Assembly: GCF_009914755.1 (NCBI RefSeq)
Contig: NC_060926.1
From: the human T2T-CHM13v2.0 reference genome, Homo sapiens
Length of the DNA stretch: 64,000 bases
Strand: one strand, 5' to 3'
Of the stretch, positions 43,800 to 58,059 are shown piece after piece. The notes beneath the pieces were generated by a model. That model was not told where the DNA came from. It ran no database searches and worked only from the letters and a program-made list of their open reading frames with translations. Position 1 is the first letter of the stretch. The number at the start of each line of letters is the position of its first letter. A program made the position numbers and the translations under genes.

Positions 43800-44255
43800 A
43801 ATGAAAGCAAATCTAAAAAGGCTACATATTGTATGATTCCAGTTCTATGACATTCTGGATAAGGCAAAACTGTGGAGATAGTAAAAAGATCGCTGGCTGC
43901 CAGAAACTGGAGATAGAGAAGAACAAATAGGCAGAGCACAGAGGAAATTTAGGGCAGTGAAATATGCCGCATGACACTACAACGGTGGATACATGTCATT
44001 TAATATTTGTTTAAAACCTTAGAATGTAAAACACCAACACTAATGTAAACTACGGACTTTGGGTGACAATGAGGTGTTAATGTAGGTTCATCCATTGTAA
44101 CAAATGTACCAACGTGATTCAGGGTGTTAATAGCAGGTGAGGCTGTGAGTGTGTAGTGGCAAGGGATGTATGAGAAATCTCTCTACTTCCCACAGAGTTT
44201 TATTGTAAATGTAAAAAAAAAAACTGCTCTAAAAAATAGTCTATTTTTTAAAAAA
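43800..44255 (+). mobile_element. L1MC (L1MC1-like) 3' UTR
   Basis: aaggctacatattgtatgattcca...taatgtaaactacggactttgggtga...aaactgctctaaaaaatagtctatt. Confidence 0.85.
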
Positions 44256-46939
44256 GACATTAATCTGATTAAACAAAAATCAATAATTATGCAAAAAGGA
44301 GACAACTTTGGATATGGTACTCATTTTAAAGAAAGGGTAGAAAAGTGAAGTCATACGGTAAAAGAGAACCAAGAATATCAACAAATTTGAAAGAAATAGA
44401 TGCAAACTGGTAATATGGCAATAGCCCTGAAGATCTTTGGATGGCTGCTTCACCCTGCCATTTTCCCCTTCAGTTCACACCCCGGAACACACTACTCACC
44501 TCCATCACTCTCCTTAGTGACCTGTAGCCCCTGCAGCTGAGATAGCCCTTTTGATCAACGCCATCTTTGACTGCATTTTCAGGTAGCGCTAATGAAGAGA
44601 GAGCATTCCCCAAAGCTAAGAAAGGCTGGCATCATTTGCCTGTGTGATTTAGATGTTTTGAGGTTAATTTTTGTATTTAGACATTCATTCTGTACTATTT
44701 CTTTGATCCTCAGTCCAAATGGTAGGTCCCTATCAATCTGCAGAGACAGCAAGTCCTGGGAACAAGACATTCAGAGAAAATCACAAGGTATTATCAGGGA
44801 GGGAAAAGTGAGTGAGATGGAGAGGGCATGTCGAAGGCTCTGCTCTCTCTGGGCTTCAGGGAAGATGCTCCACTTCCATCCAATACTGGTGGCCAGAGTC
44901 TCCCCATCACCCACACCCCTTCTTCTTACAGCAAGCCAGTGGCCATGAGGTCACTTTTCCCCGATAAGATGATACAAAGCCAGGTAGCCAGTGGCTTACA
45001 GAGAGGTAACTTGGACAGTGGTGAAAGGACCATGCCTACATTTGAGAAAAACACCAAAGGGCAAACATAAAAAGGACGGTCCCAGCCCTACATTAAATCA
45101 CTACTGCGAACTTTCTAGCTCACTCACTTTCTTATCTCACACTCTTTCACCAGATTGTTGCCACAACATTTTGTAATGCCTGGGAAACAGTAGATTCTGA
45201 CTAAATTTTTGTTGAAAGGTAGATAAATGGGTGGATGAGTCATTGTAATATGTCTCCCTGCGTGCAAACTCTTTTCTTTCTAATTCATCCTTCGCAATAT
45301 CAAGTAAATTATCTTATGTATCTATCATGTCATATTTCACCCAGCAACACACTCCACCCCACAAACAAACAAAAAAAAGACCTTCAAAAGCTCCCCTTAT
45401 TCCCAGAATATTAAATTAAATTCCTTAGCACAGAATTAAAATCTGATCCATACACCACTTTCCACTAAATCCCTCCATACTCCTTCACTCTCCTTAAGTT
45501 CCTGCCATGCCAGTCACTAACTAGTTTACCTTGGGAAGTTACTTACCTTTATGGGCCTCCATTTTCCAATGCATCATAGGTAGGGTTGAAAGTACTGGCC
45601 ACACATTTCCTCCTGCCCTTCCCTATTCCCACCCACCTCTGACCACTAGTCCACTTTCACAACTTTCATCATCTAGAAATAATCATTTTCTTTTGAGGGG
45701 CTCTCATATAGTATTTTGTATATGTTTTATCTATGATTTATTCTGCCTTAGTTTATTGTTATCAGTTGTTGTTTCTTCTCTCTTCTACTAGACAGCGAGA
45801 TGTTTGAGGGTGGGGATTAGTTTTATTATAACTATTGTATCCCCCACAACACTTGGCTGTGTGGCTTAAACATGGCAAACTTCCTTTAATGACTCGTCCA
45901 ATGGATTCACTCTAAAAGATAAGCAGTCTCTTAATTCAGGACGTGATTAGAGGGGAAGTGAGAAGGCAACATGTTTTCTCCCCTTCCCTGTCTGCAAATT
46001 CTTTCACACTAAATTACTTAAAAACAAACAAACAAACAAACAAACAAAAAAAAAAAAAAAACGCCATCGCAGAATCATTCCTGTAGCTTAAAACCTTGTC
46101 TTCTCAGAAGTAAAATGGATATCCTTCTTGGAAACAATAGCCCACTTCTGGGGATCATACTTCTAAGTAAGAACACGTGCATCTGATCTTTTCTGAGAAG
46201 CAGATTTTCACAGAAAAGTGGAGAGCCTAGTGCTACTGAGACATGAAGCAGATTGAAAGACACAAAAATGAGAGCCTGGGAACACCAAGATAAACTCCAA
46301 CCATTTCATAATCTTGCTCAAACCAATCCTGACCGGTGGTCCCCAAGTGCCTCCTAGGTGGTCCATAGACGGGTTTCTTGAGGAATTCATGTTTATAATA
46401 TGACTGTGTCTTTGTTTTTGTTTCTGGAATGAATTAATCATTTAGTTAGAATAGTAAATGAGGATCAGACGCTGCCTTTCAACAAACGCAGTTCCTTTTG
46501 TCTCATTAGTCCTTGAGAAAATGTTGGCACTGTAGAACGTAAATAGGTGAAATGTGTCAATTACAAGGTCTTCTCTCCTGATAAAATGATACAAAAGAAA
46601 GACAAGTATGGTATTCCTGTTATTATTCCTACTGATTTTACACAGTTTCTCTCTAAGCCATCAAATTAAAACCGTTGTCAATATTAGGTTATCAGTTCAC
46701 TTGAGAATGTCATATTATTCCTGGCCTCCAAGTCATCCTCTGGAATATTCATTCCATCGAAGAGACTCTCCCTCATCTGTCCAGAAACATTTTCATCTCT
46801 CAAAGTTCAAGTAGAATATCATCTCTCCATGGAAGCCTTTTCTGATTCCTCCATATAAGAGTAGACAGCCACCTATGATCTCTCACTTATCTATTTTATA
46901 GCCAGTGAATTGAACTCCTACATTTATTTGTCTATCTTT

Positions 46940-47402
46940 GTTTTAGTTATGTATTACTGTGTAACAAACCATCTCAAAACTTACTAGCTTAAAACAATAG
47001 CATTTTTAAAAAGTTTTCATGTATTTATGGGCCAACCAGGTTCAGCAGGGCCATTCTTCTGCTAAGTGTTGTAGTAGTTGAGGTCACTCATGCAGCTGCA
47101 TTCAGATGCTGAGAGCAAAACATCAGTGATGACATCTCATCGTCTAAGGCCTCTCTCCACATGCTGGTTAATCACTCAGTGGTTGGGCTTGGGCTTCTTA
47201 CAGCACAGCAGCTGCACAAGAGAAAAAAAGTGGGAGTTGCCAGGCTTCTTAAGGGCTAAGCCTAGAACTTGGATAGCACCACCACCTTCACTTTTATTGA
47301 ACAAAGCAGGTCACAAAGCCATCCAAGACTGGGACAAGGTAGTAGGAATGTACCTCTTGAAGGAGGAGCAGCCAAGTATTAATAAACATCTTTAATCTAC
47401 CA
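46940..47402 (-). mobile_element. Old MLT1 (H/I/J-like) LTR
   Basis: tattactgtgtaacaaaccatctcaaaacttactagcttaaaacaa...catctttaatctacca. Confidence 0.7.
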
Positions 47403-48099
47403 CCCTTCCCCACCAGACAGTGTGCTCTTTCCAGGATAGAATACTTCTGACATTTCTGAGAGAATACTGGAAGAAATCAAAGATCTTTGAACATAGTCAT
47501 CTTTGAGAAGTTAGGAAGACAGTTTAAAGATGTGTCAAAAGGAATTTAAAATTAAAAGCAAGAAAAGAGGTCCCATAACCCACATTCTGAAGTTTCACAA
47601 AATTCTGGCTTCAACAGCGTTCAAGAAAAACAATAGAAGGAGAGGGAGTAGCCACCCATGTCATCTGCTGTCTCTCCAGATGCCTAAGAAAACAAAGCTT
47701 CTTGTACCAGAACTACTATGAAAACATGCACTTCTTAAAGCTCCTTGGAGCTCAAAAGTCCTCCATGTTCCACTACAATCCAAAGGTCCAACCAACATGA
47801 GATTAACCTAACATCAGAACTCAGGCCACTTGATACATTTAAATAAATTTTCAGCAATAGTTTCATCTAATATGCGATTACAAATGAACTAATAGGACCT
47901 AACCACTAGAATTTCAGGTGTTAGATCTGAATATGAAATTGTGTACTTTATTTGTTAAAGGCAGGGTTCATGCAATGGAAGGGAAATAGAAGATTTAATA
48001 ACTAGTTGCATCATTTATCAGAAGAACTCGTATCGTCAGGTTCATGACATCATAAGGAATTGATTCCTGATTGTAATTTTGGGGAAAAATTGTGCTGGA

Positions 48100-48570
48100 G
48101 TTAAATTTGACAACATAAAAAGCAAAAATGTTGAAATTTTTGCATATCCTTTAACCTATATGTTCTCCTAAGAATTTGTCCTGGAGGAAATAGTCATAAG
48201 TAGTCACAAAGATATAATTATAAGATGTTTACCATAGCATTATTTGTAACAGTGAAAATACTAGTGACAAGCTATATTCAAGCAATATGAGATTATAAAT
48301 TACAGCACATCTGTAAGATGGGATTGTAGGTAGCCAGCAAAATTATACTATAGAAACATATCTAATATGAAAAGGTAATTTATGATATAATATATAAAAA
48401 GCAAAACATGAAACAGTTACTGAGCGTCAGCATATATGTATGAGAATCTGGAAACCTATATGCCAGATAATTATAAGTGATTAGAAGTGATTATCTCTGG
48501 GTAGTAAAATTTTATTATTTTTAGTTATTTACATTCTACATAAGGAACATAGAGCTGTAATAAATGTAAA
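48100..48570 (+). mobile_element. Old L1ME-like fragment
   Basis: aagatgtttaccatagcattatttgtaacagtgaaaa. Confidence 0.55.
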
Positions 48571-50036
48571 ATTGTGCACTTAAAGTTTTTTTTTACTTGT
48601 ACATTACCAATTTGTGGACTGTTTAGAAGGTGTTAGAATAGAGCAGTTTAATTCAATCAAGTCAGGTGACTAGATCATGGAAACTGTTATTTACTAAGCT
48701 ATTTCCTGAAATCAACAAGTTTTTTGTTTAATGAAAAGCCATTGAAACCTGCAATATGTCAGACACACCATACTACACAACAAATTGTGTTTTCTCATTG
48801 ATATGATGTGACTTCAGAACACACTGAATCTGAAATGTCTCTGGGATTTAGGACTAAGAACTGTAGTTATAGACTGTGAATTCCATGAAAGTAGAGATTT
48901 CATTGGTTCCATTAAGTAAATGTGCTTTGAATGGATGAATGATAAGATCACATGAATCATTAATCTCCTACAAGATAGTCCTGAAGATAGCTTCCTAGAT
49001 GACCTGAGGTCACATAATTACATCCTGTGCTGTGGCTGCCGCAAACAGCCCACATCCCAGGAACTTCTGAGGACAGGTTTTAATAGGTAGTTTTATATAC
49101 ATATAGAAAGAGAGCTGGAAAACGTCTCAGTATATACTGAGGCCATGAGGAAGCTGAAACCAGGGAGAGTTAGGAGAGAAAGACCAAGGACAGAATTTTG
49201 AGGAATAAAGATAGGGATGAGCTTCACTGTCTTCCCTGCCCGCATGTCCATCTGATCTTCAGATGTGGGATTTCACAGCTTCTCACAGCAGACTAAACTT
49301 CACCCTAGGTTCAAAAGAGCACAAAATCAAGGCTCAAAAGATCCCTGCCTGGCCAGACAAACATGTTGCCTTGTGCCTGAGATCTAGCCATCACATATTT
49401 ATCCAATTGTCTCATATTTGACTTTTATTCTTAGTATCTTACTCCGAATTACTCCAGGATTTTTTAGACAAAGTGTTCTTGCTTTGTTTGAGCCAGAGCT
49501 CTCAGTTCTGGAGTCCTGAATCCTATCCATCTGAGACCCTCTGCTTCTCTGTACCTCTGCTATTTGCCTATTGCCAACTCCCAATTACTCCACCCACCTA
49601 TCCAAATTCCCTCTTATTGCTCATTGCCAGACTTTGTCAGACTGTTTGTGTTGGCAGTTTCTTCACAGTGGATATTCTTGAGCTGTCTACCTTCCGTTGA
49701 CCAAGCCTAGGGTCTGACAGGTAGAGGAATCATTTCCACAGTGACCCCCGCTTTATGCTTTCCTCTTTTGAGACGTGAGTCATTTAACTCCTGTTATATG
49801 TATGCAATTGGAAAAATTCTAGGTTGGTTATTTACTGGCTCAGTGTTGAGTCACTCTTGATACTTTAATTTTGGATTAACTGGATTCATGACTTTTTTTT
49901 TTTTCTTCACTGAAGTTCTTTTCCTTAGAAGGGAAAAGAAACACAGGTCTTCCTGGGCCCAGGTCTCCAACGCTTGCTGGGTGTTTGGCCAGTCCTCCTC
50001 TGAAACTCAGTCTGTCCTTGTCTCTGGGATCTTCTT

Positions 50037-50343
50037 TTTTTTTTTTTTTTTCCTTTTTTTGAGACAGACAGATTGTCACTCTGTTGCCCAACTGGAGTGC
50101 AGTAGCATGAACTCGGCTCACTGCCACCTCTGCTCCCGGATTAAAGCGATTCTCATGCCTCAGCCTCCCGAGTAGCTGGGATTACAGGCATGCACCACCG
50201 CGTCCAGCTAATTTTTGTATTTTTAGTAGAGATGGGGTTTTGCCATGTTGGCCAGGCTGGTCTCAAACTCCTAGCCTCAAGCAATACACCCACCTCGGCC
50301 TCCCAAAGTGCTAGGATTACAGGCGTGCACCACCACATTCAGA
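50037..50343 (-). mobile_element. Alu (S/J)
   Basis: poly(T), dimer; TSD ggatcttctt (50027-50036 / 50346-50355). Confidence 0.93.
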
Positions 50344-51341
50344 CTGGATCTTCTTGATCTACATGGATCTAAAGTCTAAAATCTTGGATTTATTTTTAGA
50401 CATTTGCTGAAGGTATTTGTGATGCTTTCCAATTGTGTTTGCTGTGACTGCCTTCAGGATGAAAGCACTCAGTTTCGATTGAATCCATTGGATGTATATT
50501 CTAAATGTCTGTCCTTATAATATCTTTTTGCCTTTTTTCTCTTTGTAAATTTGTCACAGTTGCTAAGGCCTGGACTTTCAAATGATTTCTCTTGCTCCTA
50601 TCTATGACCAGACCAAAAAAAAGTTTTCACTAATAAAATAGCAGTATGTTCCCAGTGGATATTCAGGAGCAAGACTGATGATAAATTCTTGACTTTTGTC
50701 CTGGTACTTTTAAACTCTTCTTCTTTCAAGTCTGCTTTTTACTTCTAGACAATTCTCTAGATATACTGCTGTTCCTCCTCCTTTTCCTTCACATTAAAAT
50801 TTTGAAACAAAAAATAACTCACTGGTCCACATGCCCCTCATGCCCACTGGTATACCCAGCAGTGCAGCTGTCTTGACCCTCTCGTGTCAACACATCAATC
50901 AATCAGTCATCCTTAAGAGAACATTTGTAAAGTAACTATGTTTTGAGCTTTTTGGTTCAGTTTTATTGGGATTTTTAAATAAACTGCATTCATTGGATAT
51001 CCAACAGTAGCCCAAACATATAGGAACATAATCTGAAATATCACAGTTTCAAATTTCATAATTTGAGATATCACAAGAACTCAAAATAATCTGCCTTACT
51101 AATAATCTGCATTAAGGCTGATGGTATTCAATAAGAAAAGTAGAAAGTTCTTACCCAATGGGTTTAGAGCTGCCAACTTGGGTACAATAGAAATGATATA
51201 CAGTTTTCAAAGCCACAAGTCAAAGATTTTACTTGCTGTTTTAGGGAATAGCTAATATACTATTTCATTTCACCTGTCTTGAGTTTTCTAAATGAATTAG
51301 ACCCTAAGACAAAGGATGGTGGGCAGCTGGTAGACATCGCA

Positions 51342-51342
<1 letters not shown>

Positions 51343-51378
<36 letters not shown>
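51343..51378. repeat. (CA)n microsatellite
   Basis: Direct reading. Confidence 0.97.
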
Positions 51379-51380
<2 letters not shown>

Positions 51381-51879
51381 TTTTAAATTAAGTTATAGAA
51401 ATTTTGTGCTCAGATTAGTAGAGCAATTATTCCATAGTACTTTATGCTTCTCTGATTTCTCTGATTATCAATTAGAATTCAATCGGAGCTCTTTGTTTGG
51501 AGAAAAATATATATTTGCCCCATAAGTAAAAATCCCATGGTTAGTGCCGAAATGAACATGGCAGGATTGGGGGCTGTAGGCCAAATCTTATTACCTTTTC
51601 TTCTATCTCTGGGCTTAGCCTTTCAACCATTTTGATAAAGCCAAAGTAAAGGTAAAATGGCAACAGAAGATTTAGCCCCACCTCCTCTGAGGCTTAAGAC
51701 CCAGTGGAAAAGCTCAAACAAAAGTCCCAAAATTGAATCGTATTCATCCTGATAGGTATGACTTTGGTTACCGTGCCCGTAACAAATCCATCCTCCTAGC
51801 CAGTGGGATGGAATGTGCTGACTACTGTGGGCCATGTATGCACATGCTTTCAAGGCTGAAGTCTGGTGGCTATTTTTTT

Positions 51880-52606
51880 TTAAAAAAAAAACAAGAATTA
51901 ATAATTGTTGGCAAGGATGTGGAGAAGAAGGAACTCTTGTACACTTTTGGTGGGAAGGCAACTGGTGCAGCCATTATGGAAAACAGTATGGAGTTTCCTC
52001 AAAAAACTAAAAATAGAACTACCATACAATGGGTAGATACTTGAAGGAAAAGAAATCAGTAGCTTAAAGAGATATTTTATACCCATTTGCACTCTCATTA
52101 AGACCTTATTCATAATAACCACAACATGGAAACTAAGTGCCTATTGATGAATGAATGAATGAATGAATGAATAAATTGTGGTTCATATATACAATGAAAT
52201 ATTCTTCAGCCATAAAAAAGAAGGAAATTCTGCCATTTGCAGCAACATAGATGAACTTAGAGGACATTATGTTAAGTGCAATAAGCTAGAAATAGACAAA
52301 TATTCTATCATCTCATTTGTATGCAGAATCTAAAAAAGTCAAACTCATAGAAACAGAGAGTAGGACAGAGGATGAGAGGTGAGAGAAATGGGGAGATGTT
52401 GATCCAAGGTTACACACTTTCAGCTATAAGATGAATAAGTTCTGGAGAGCTAATATAATATACAGCATGGGTGATTATGGATATGCTACTTATTTTGACT
52501 GTGGCAATCATTATACACAATGTGTACATTTATCAAACCATCATATTGCACTACTTGGATATATACAATCTTTACTTGTCAATTAAATATTTTAAAATTT
52601 AAAAAT
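51880..52606 (+). mobile_element. L1MA-type 3' end
   Basis: gttggcaaggatgtggagaa...cagccataaaaaagaaggaaattctgccatttgc...gtcaattaaa; decayed TSD-like aaggctgaagtctggtggc / aagactgaagttcagggtggc. Confidence 0.88.
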
Positions 52607-52719
52607 AGATATATGGATAGAAAAGACTGAAGTTCAGGGTGGCATCTGCTTCCCTGGAAATAAATGGTCAGAAGAAGGTTGAGGATTTTCTAGAGGAAAA
52701 TTCCGGTAGGTGCCAGATG

Positions 52720-52930
52720 GAACATAAACAGCATCTCACTGATAGGCAAGGCCTTGCCCTCAAAGAGTTCATGTTCTAGAAGGTAAAGAGACAATGAGCA
52801 AAATACTTAAATAAGATAAATGTCAGACAGTGTTCAGTATTCTAAAGAAAATAAATCATATGATGACAGACTTACAAGTATAATAAATTAGACAAGATGA
52901 TTAGAAAAAGCCTATCCCAGGAGGTAAATT
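52720..52930 (-). mobile_element. L2 fragment
   Basis: cttgccctcaaagagttcatgttctag. Confidence 0.5.
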
Positions 52931-53787
52931 CTCCATATAAGATTATATCGAGGCAAGTGAGGCTTTGTTTTATGTAATTCTTCGGTAAATACAAATTATT
53001 TCTTTTCAGGTTATTTAACACAAGTGTTTCTTAAGCATTGTTCAGTTTATTGGAGATGATTTATACAGATTTTCAACAGATGCTGGCAAATCTAAATATT
53101 TGTTCAGTTCTTAAGGTTGTTTGCTGAGGGAAGTATTTTGTATTTTTACATAATTGCATTTGTTTGTATGTGACCTGGGTTTGTTGCAACTAATTGTCTG
53201 ATGATCTCAAATTTGTCTGCAATCAGTACAATGAGAACCCTTTTGTTGTCTTTTCCACTTTAATTCTTTTTTTCATCTGATAATTACCATTGTCTAAAGA
53301 GTTACAAAAGGGACCACACTAAGAAAAGATACACATGGGGATTTTTTTCAAAAACTAATTTGGACAACTAATTTATTCAATTAAATAAGTGCTCCCGCCT
53401 GAGCTGGAGGCAGCATCTTTGCAGACCACATCTATGAGCAGAGGGGCACAACCACATTTTGTGGGAGATGCATTTCAGCATCAGGAGGCAGTTAAGTTTT
53501 CACAGGTCATCCAAGGACTAAATGGACAATAGCTCACAAGTCTTTACACCTCAATTCCAGAGAAAAGCTCTGTGCAATTACTACTGTCTTACAGCTGTGG
53601 GGACTGAGGCACACACTGGCAAGAAAATTACTTTAGGAACTATCTTCCAGCAGGATCAGGAAAGAACTGGCCTCTGCCGAACACTGCATTCGAGTGAGCT
53701 TGTGTCCCAGATATCAGGATATCAGTCTGTCTAGGTCCCAGCTGTATTCCCAGTAACTGGCAGAGTTCCTGGGACAAAGTAGGTACC

Positions 53788-54377
53788 TGCATTCACTTTC
53801 TATTGTCACAGTAACAAATTACCACAAATTTGGCAGCTTAAAACATTTACTATCTCACAAATTCTGTAAATCCAAGGTCCAGGTATAATATATTGTGGCT
53901 CAGGGAGAGCCCTCAGCTTAGAGTCTTATAGGCTGAAGTCAAGGTGTCAGCAGGACTGTGTTCCTTTTGGGAAACTTTGGGGAAGGACCCATTTTCAAGT
54001 TCACTCAGGTTGTTGATCAAATTCAGTTCCTTGTGACTGTAAGACCGAGGTCCCTGTTTGTTTTCTGGATGTAAACTGAGGACTAATGCAAAAGAGGCCA
54101 TCTGGCTCATGGCCTCCTTCATCTTGAAAGCCAGCATCGATGCACTGAGGCCCCCTCTCATGCCTTGACTCTCCCTTGCCTCTTCTTCTGCTGTATTTCT
54201 CTCTGACTCTTCTCCCTTCCCTTTAAGGGTCCATGTGATTATATTGAATATTCCAGAATAATATCCCTATTTTAAAGTAATCTGCAAAGTCCCTTTGCCA
54301 CATGAAGCTAAAATATGACAGGTTCTAGGGGTTAGGGCGTGAATATCTTTGGAGGGGGCATTATTCTGTATGCTGCA
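53788..54377 (-). mobile_element. MLT1D/E-like LTR
   Basis: gtaacaaattaccacaaatttggcagcttaaaac...aggctgaagtcaaggtgtcagcagg...ggggcattattctg. Confidence 0.8.
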
Positions 54378-54382
54378 CTTAA

Positions 54383-54789
54383 TTTTTTTTTCTTTTTAAA
54401 ATTTTATTGTATTTTACTTTAAGTTCTGGGATACATGTGCAGAACGTGCAGGTTTGTTACATAGGTATACATGTGCAATGGTGGTTTGCGGCACCTGTCA
54501 ACCCGCCATCTAGGTTTTAAGCTGTGCATGCATTAGGTATTTGTCCTAATGCTCTACTTCCCCTTAGTCCCCACCCCACAACAGTCCCCGGTGTGGTGTT
54601 CCTCTCCCTGTGTCCATGTGTTCTCATTGTTCAACTCACACTTATGAATGAGAACATGCGATGTTTGGTTTTCTGTTCTTTTGTTAGTTTCCTGAGAATG
54701 AAGGTTTCCAGCTTCATCCATGTTCCTGCAAAGGACATGAACTCATTCTTTTATGGCTGTATAGTATTCCATGGTATATATGTGCCACA
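54383..54789 (-). mobile_element. L1PA7/8-like 3' end
   Basis: ttttactttaagttctgggatacatgtgcagaacgtgcagg...catctaggttttaag. Confidence 0.9.
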
Positions 54790-55144
54790 ATAAATTAACA
54801 CCTAACAGCAGATGTTAATAATATTGTCTAGGCCGTGCAGCAATATACCTGAAGATTGAATTTGATGCATCGGGTACTTGTGTAGACAAACATAAGAGGA
54901 AAGAAGAAAACATTATTGCACACACATTCTGTACCAGGCCTAGACTTAAGTGTTTTCTCATGAAAGCTTTCTTTGAACACAGGCTTTGTGAGCAAGCATG
55001 TCATCCCTAATTTGTAATGAGGATATTGAGACTCAAATTAATTATGTGACCTGTAGCAGAGCCTTCTAAATTGAAGTTTATGTGGTTTTCTCTCACGCAC
55101 AGTCTCTTCATGCTTAGATCTGTGCATGTTATACCCAAATGTAT

Positions 55145-55375
55145 TAGGCACATAGACTTTGGAGCAAGAATGCCCAGGCTCAGATTCAGGTCTAGGACTT
55201 ACCAACTGTATAACCTTGGGCTAAATGCTTCATATCTCTGTGCTTCTGTTTTCTCATTTGTAAAAACAAAAATGAAGATAATAATTGTACCAGGTTTATA
55301 GACTTATCGTGAGGATTAAATGCATTAATATAAGCAAAGCTCTCAGAACATTTCTCTGGGACTGTTAGTTATTAC
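55145..55375 (+). mobile_element. MIR
   Basis: agactttggagc...aaccttggg...gtgaggattaaatg. Confidence 0.7.
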
Positions 55376-57163
55376 TGTCTTACATGTTTGAGCCATTGGA
55401 TTTCAACCACATTTGTTACCTTTCAATTGGTAGTTTTTACTAACTTCTCATGAATAGATTTTATCATCTCTGGATATATTTGTGTTTGCACTGCCACATT
55501 TATTGTTAGTTTTTCTCCATAAGCCCTACTAAATGATAGAGGAAGTGATAGTGGTAAGACAATACTTTTGAAATGATGACCATACGTAAATAATAGATTA
55601 GGAAGGATAAGTGTCACACGAGTCCGCCAGATACCAGAAGGTTTCTCCAGCATGGCATAAGAAGACACAAACCCGAGAGAGGTCAGGGGATCCCAGACAA
55701 GGTGGCTGGATGTAAGGAAATCACAGAGGTCAGAGTGGTGTCACTCTCCAGACACCAACCAGCTTCCATCCCCAGCACACTCACACAAGCACAGGCTGTC
55801 TGGGCTCCATTTGAGAAACAGAGAGCATGGCCCCACTCAGGAGCAGTGGGGTGGTGTCCATGGATGTCTTCCTTTCAACATCTGCAGACACTGCCCATGG
55901 ATCATGAAGCAGGAGTATGCTCATCCATTACAAAGTTGTATACCCCATTACCCTCTTTCTCCTCTCTCCCTCTCTCTTTCTACCCCTCTTCCTACTCCCT
56001 CCTTTTTGGCACTAAGATTATGAGAGCACCACTCTTCATAGCAAGGAAGACCGCTGTCAAGGTCATGAGGCCCAGGTTGAGCATCCAGCACTACCTGAGC
56101 TGACCACTGCTCCCAATCATTTCACACCAGACACTTCTTTCTTGTCTTTGGAAGTCAGAGAAGAAGCAATCATTACTAATCCAATCTGAGTGCCAAGTAA
56201 TCACCAACAACATGAAGCAGAAACATGAGTCCCAATGGAAATACATTACTGATCACTATAACCTAATGAACACCAGAATGGAACCCACATGGAGACATTT
56301 ATTCTTGCACTCACAATGAGTGAGATTTCGCTATATTGAAGGAGTACTAAGAACGGCGTTTAAAGAAAGAAGTTATGCGAGGAAAGTGAAATATTTTCAT
56401 GCTGTCGGTAGTGTGTGAACATTCATTTGATCATTCCATTCTGTGATCTTTTCATAACAACTGTTGGATCATATAGCCGTCCAGCAAACAAGTCTCTTCC
56501 ATGAATTCTATTTCCCTCTTGGGCCATATGCCAAGAATAACAGATTGAACTTTAACTCCAAGTCTGAAAAGTTTCCTTTTACTGACTAGAGTTCAACCCC
56601 AGTCTATTATCCTAAACTAACTGATAAAGCAATCCTTTGATGCTGTCCTTTGAACAAGTTGTGTAAGCTAAAACTCAGTGAGAAAGAAAAAAGCAGCATA
56701 TAAAGGAAGCTTTTGAGTTAGCAGCTATGCTAATTCTTAATTGCAGACATAGTACAAACATTTCACACCTTAAGGTTGCAATAACAAGACCCACAAAACT
56801 TCAAACATAGAGGCAGATATTTCTGAGTTCATTCCTTCATCTCACACAAAAACCTAAGCGGCCATATGTTACCTTATTTTTCCTGAGAGCTATGATTTAT
56901 GTACATTCCATTTTCCCCTGAATCTGGAAGCAATTACCCCTGAATATGAATGTGACGGCAATAGAGGAGGGAGGGTAGGAAGTGCTGTGTTCACACAGAA
57001 CAGTGTTTACATCCCTGGCACTCTGAATATACTTCTAATATAGGGTGTGGCTGTTTATGTTGCAACTATTTATTTAAACCTGCTTATTTGTTTATTGCTT
57101 CCATGAACCATATGCTAAATTACCAGCCAGGAAAATGTGTGTGAGCCCTTGGCAAAAGTGAGG

Positions 57164-57211
57164 CAGCAACAACAACAACAACAACAACAACAGCAACAAC
57201 AACAACAACAA
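57164..57211. repeat. (CAA)n trinucleotide repeat with CAG interruptions
   Basis: Direct reading. Confidence 0.95.
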
Positions 57212-57938
57212 AAGAGGAAGAGGAAGACATAGAAATATTTTGATAGATATTTATTTTAAGAAAATTATTGAAATAATCACTACAGGAAAAACTCAGTACT
57301 TTCCTGGACTTCTGGACTTCCTTCTATTTAGTTTAGTGTTATTTGGGTTTGAATTGTATTAGGATGGGAAAGGGCCACAGTAACCTTTTCATTGCCTGGA
57401 GCTTTTCAAGGAATTGACCTGGCCCTCCCACTCACTTCCTAGAAAAGAGGGAGCCTCCAGTGTTAATCTTGGGTAAAAACATTCAAGAATGGGTCCTGAG
57501 CCAGAGTACCGCCTGGCACATAGTAGGAGTTCAACTGTGAAAGGATAGGAATTGTTATCCCTAGTACTTAGCACGTGCTTTACTCTTTAGTAAGCATCAA
57601 TATTCAATAATCGATATTCATTGACCTATGACAGTGTGGTGGCAAAGCTTAAGTTTTTCTCCTAGAAAGCCAAGTGAACAACTAAAAAACAAAAGTATTT
57701 GCAGATAAATCTATCAGGTTACACACACATACACACACATGCTCATACGCTCTGTGACACGCCTTATAACCAGATTTTTCTGAAGCCACGTAGCTGCAGC
57801 CTGCTGTTTTTCTTTATACCAGTAAGTTATTTTATTTTCTCCTCCATGTGTTTTGTTTGATTACATTTGTTGTATCTAATGACTTGACCAGATTGAAGAA
57901 TGATAGCTGTGGGCTTGCATGGTTAAAGGTGCCTGCAA

Positions 57939-58059
57939 GCCAGGCACGGTGGCATGCGCCTGTAATCCCAGCTATTCTGGAGGCTGGGACAGGAGGATCC
58001 TTTGAGCCCAGGATTTTGAGATCAGCCTGGGCAACACAGCAAGACTCCATCTCAAGAAA
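57939..58059 (+). mobile_element. FLAM (free left Alu monomer)
   Basis: Single monomer: gccaggcacggtggc...ggaggatcctttgagcccagg...cagcctgggcaacacagcaagac. Confidence 0.85.

Noticed and set aside
49776-49853. Two AP-1 sites (tgagtca) flanking an NFAT-like tggaaaa
   Set aside because: Short motifs that occur many times by chance in 64 kb.
57164-57211. CAA/CAG run as a polyglutamine-coding exon
   Set aside because: No enclosing ORF in the track and no convincing splice context; a simple microsatellite.
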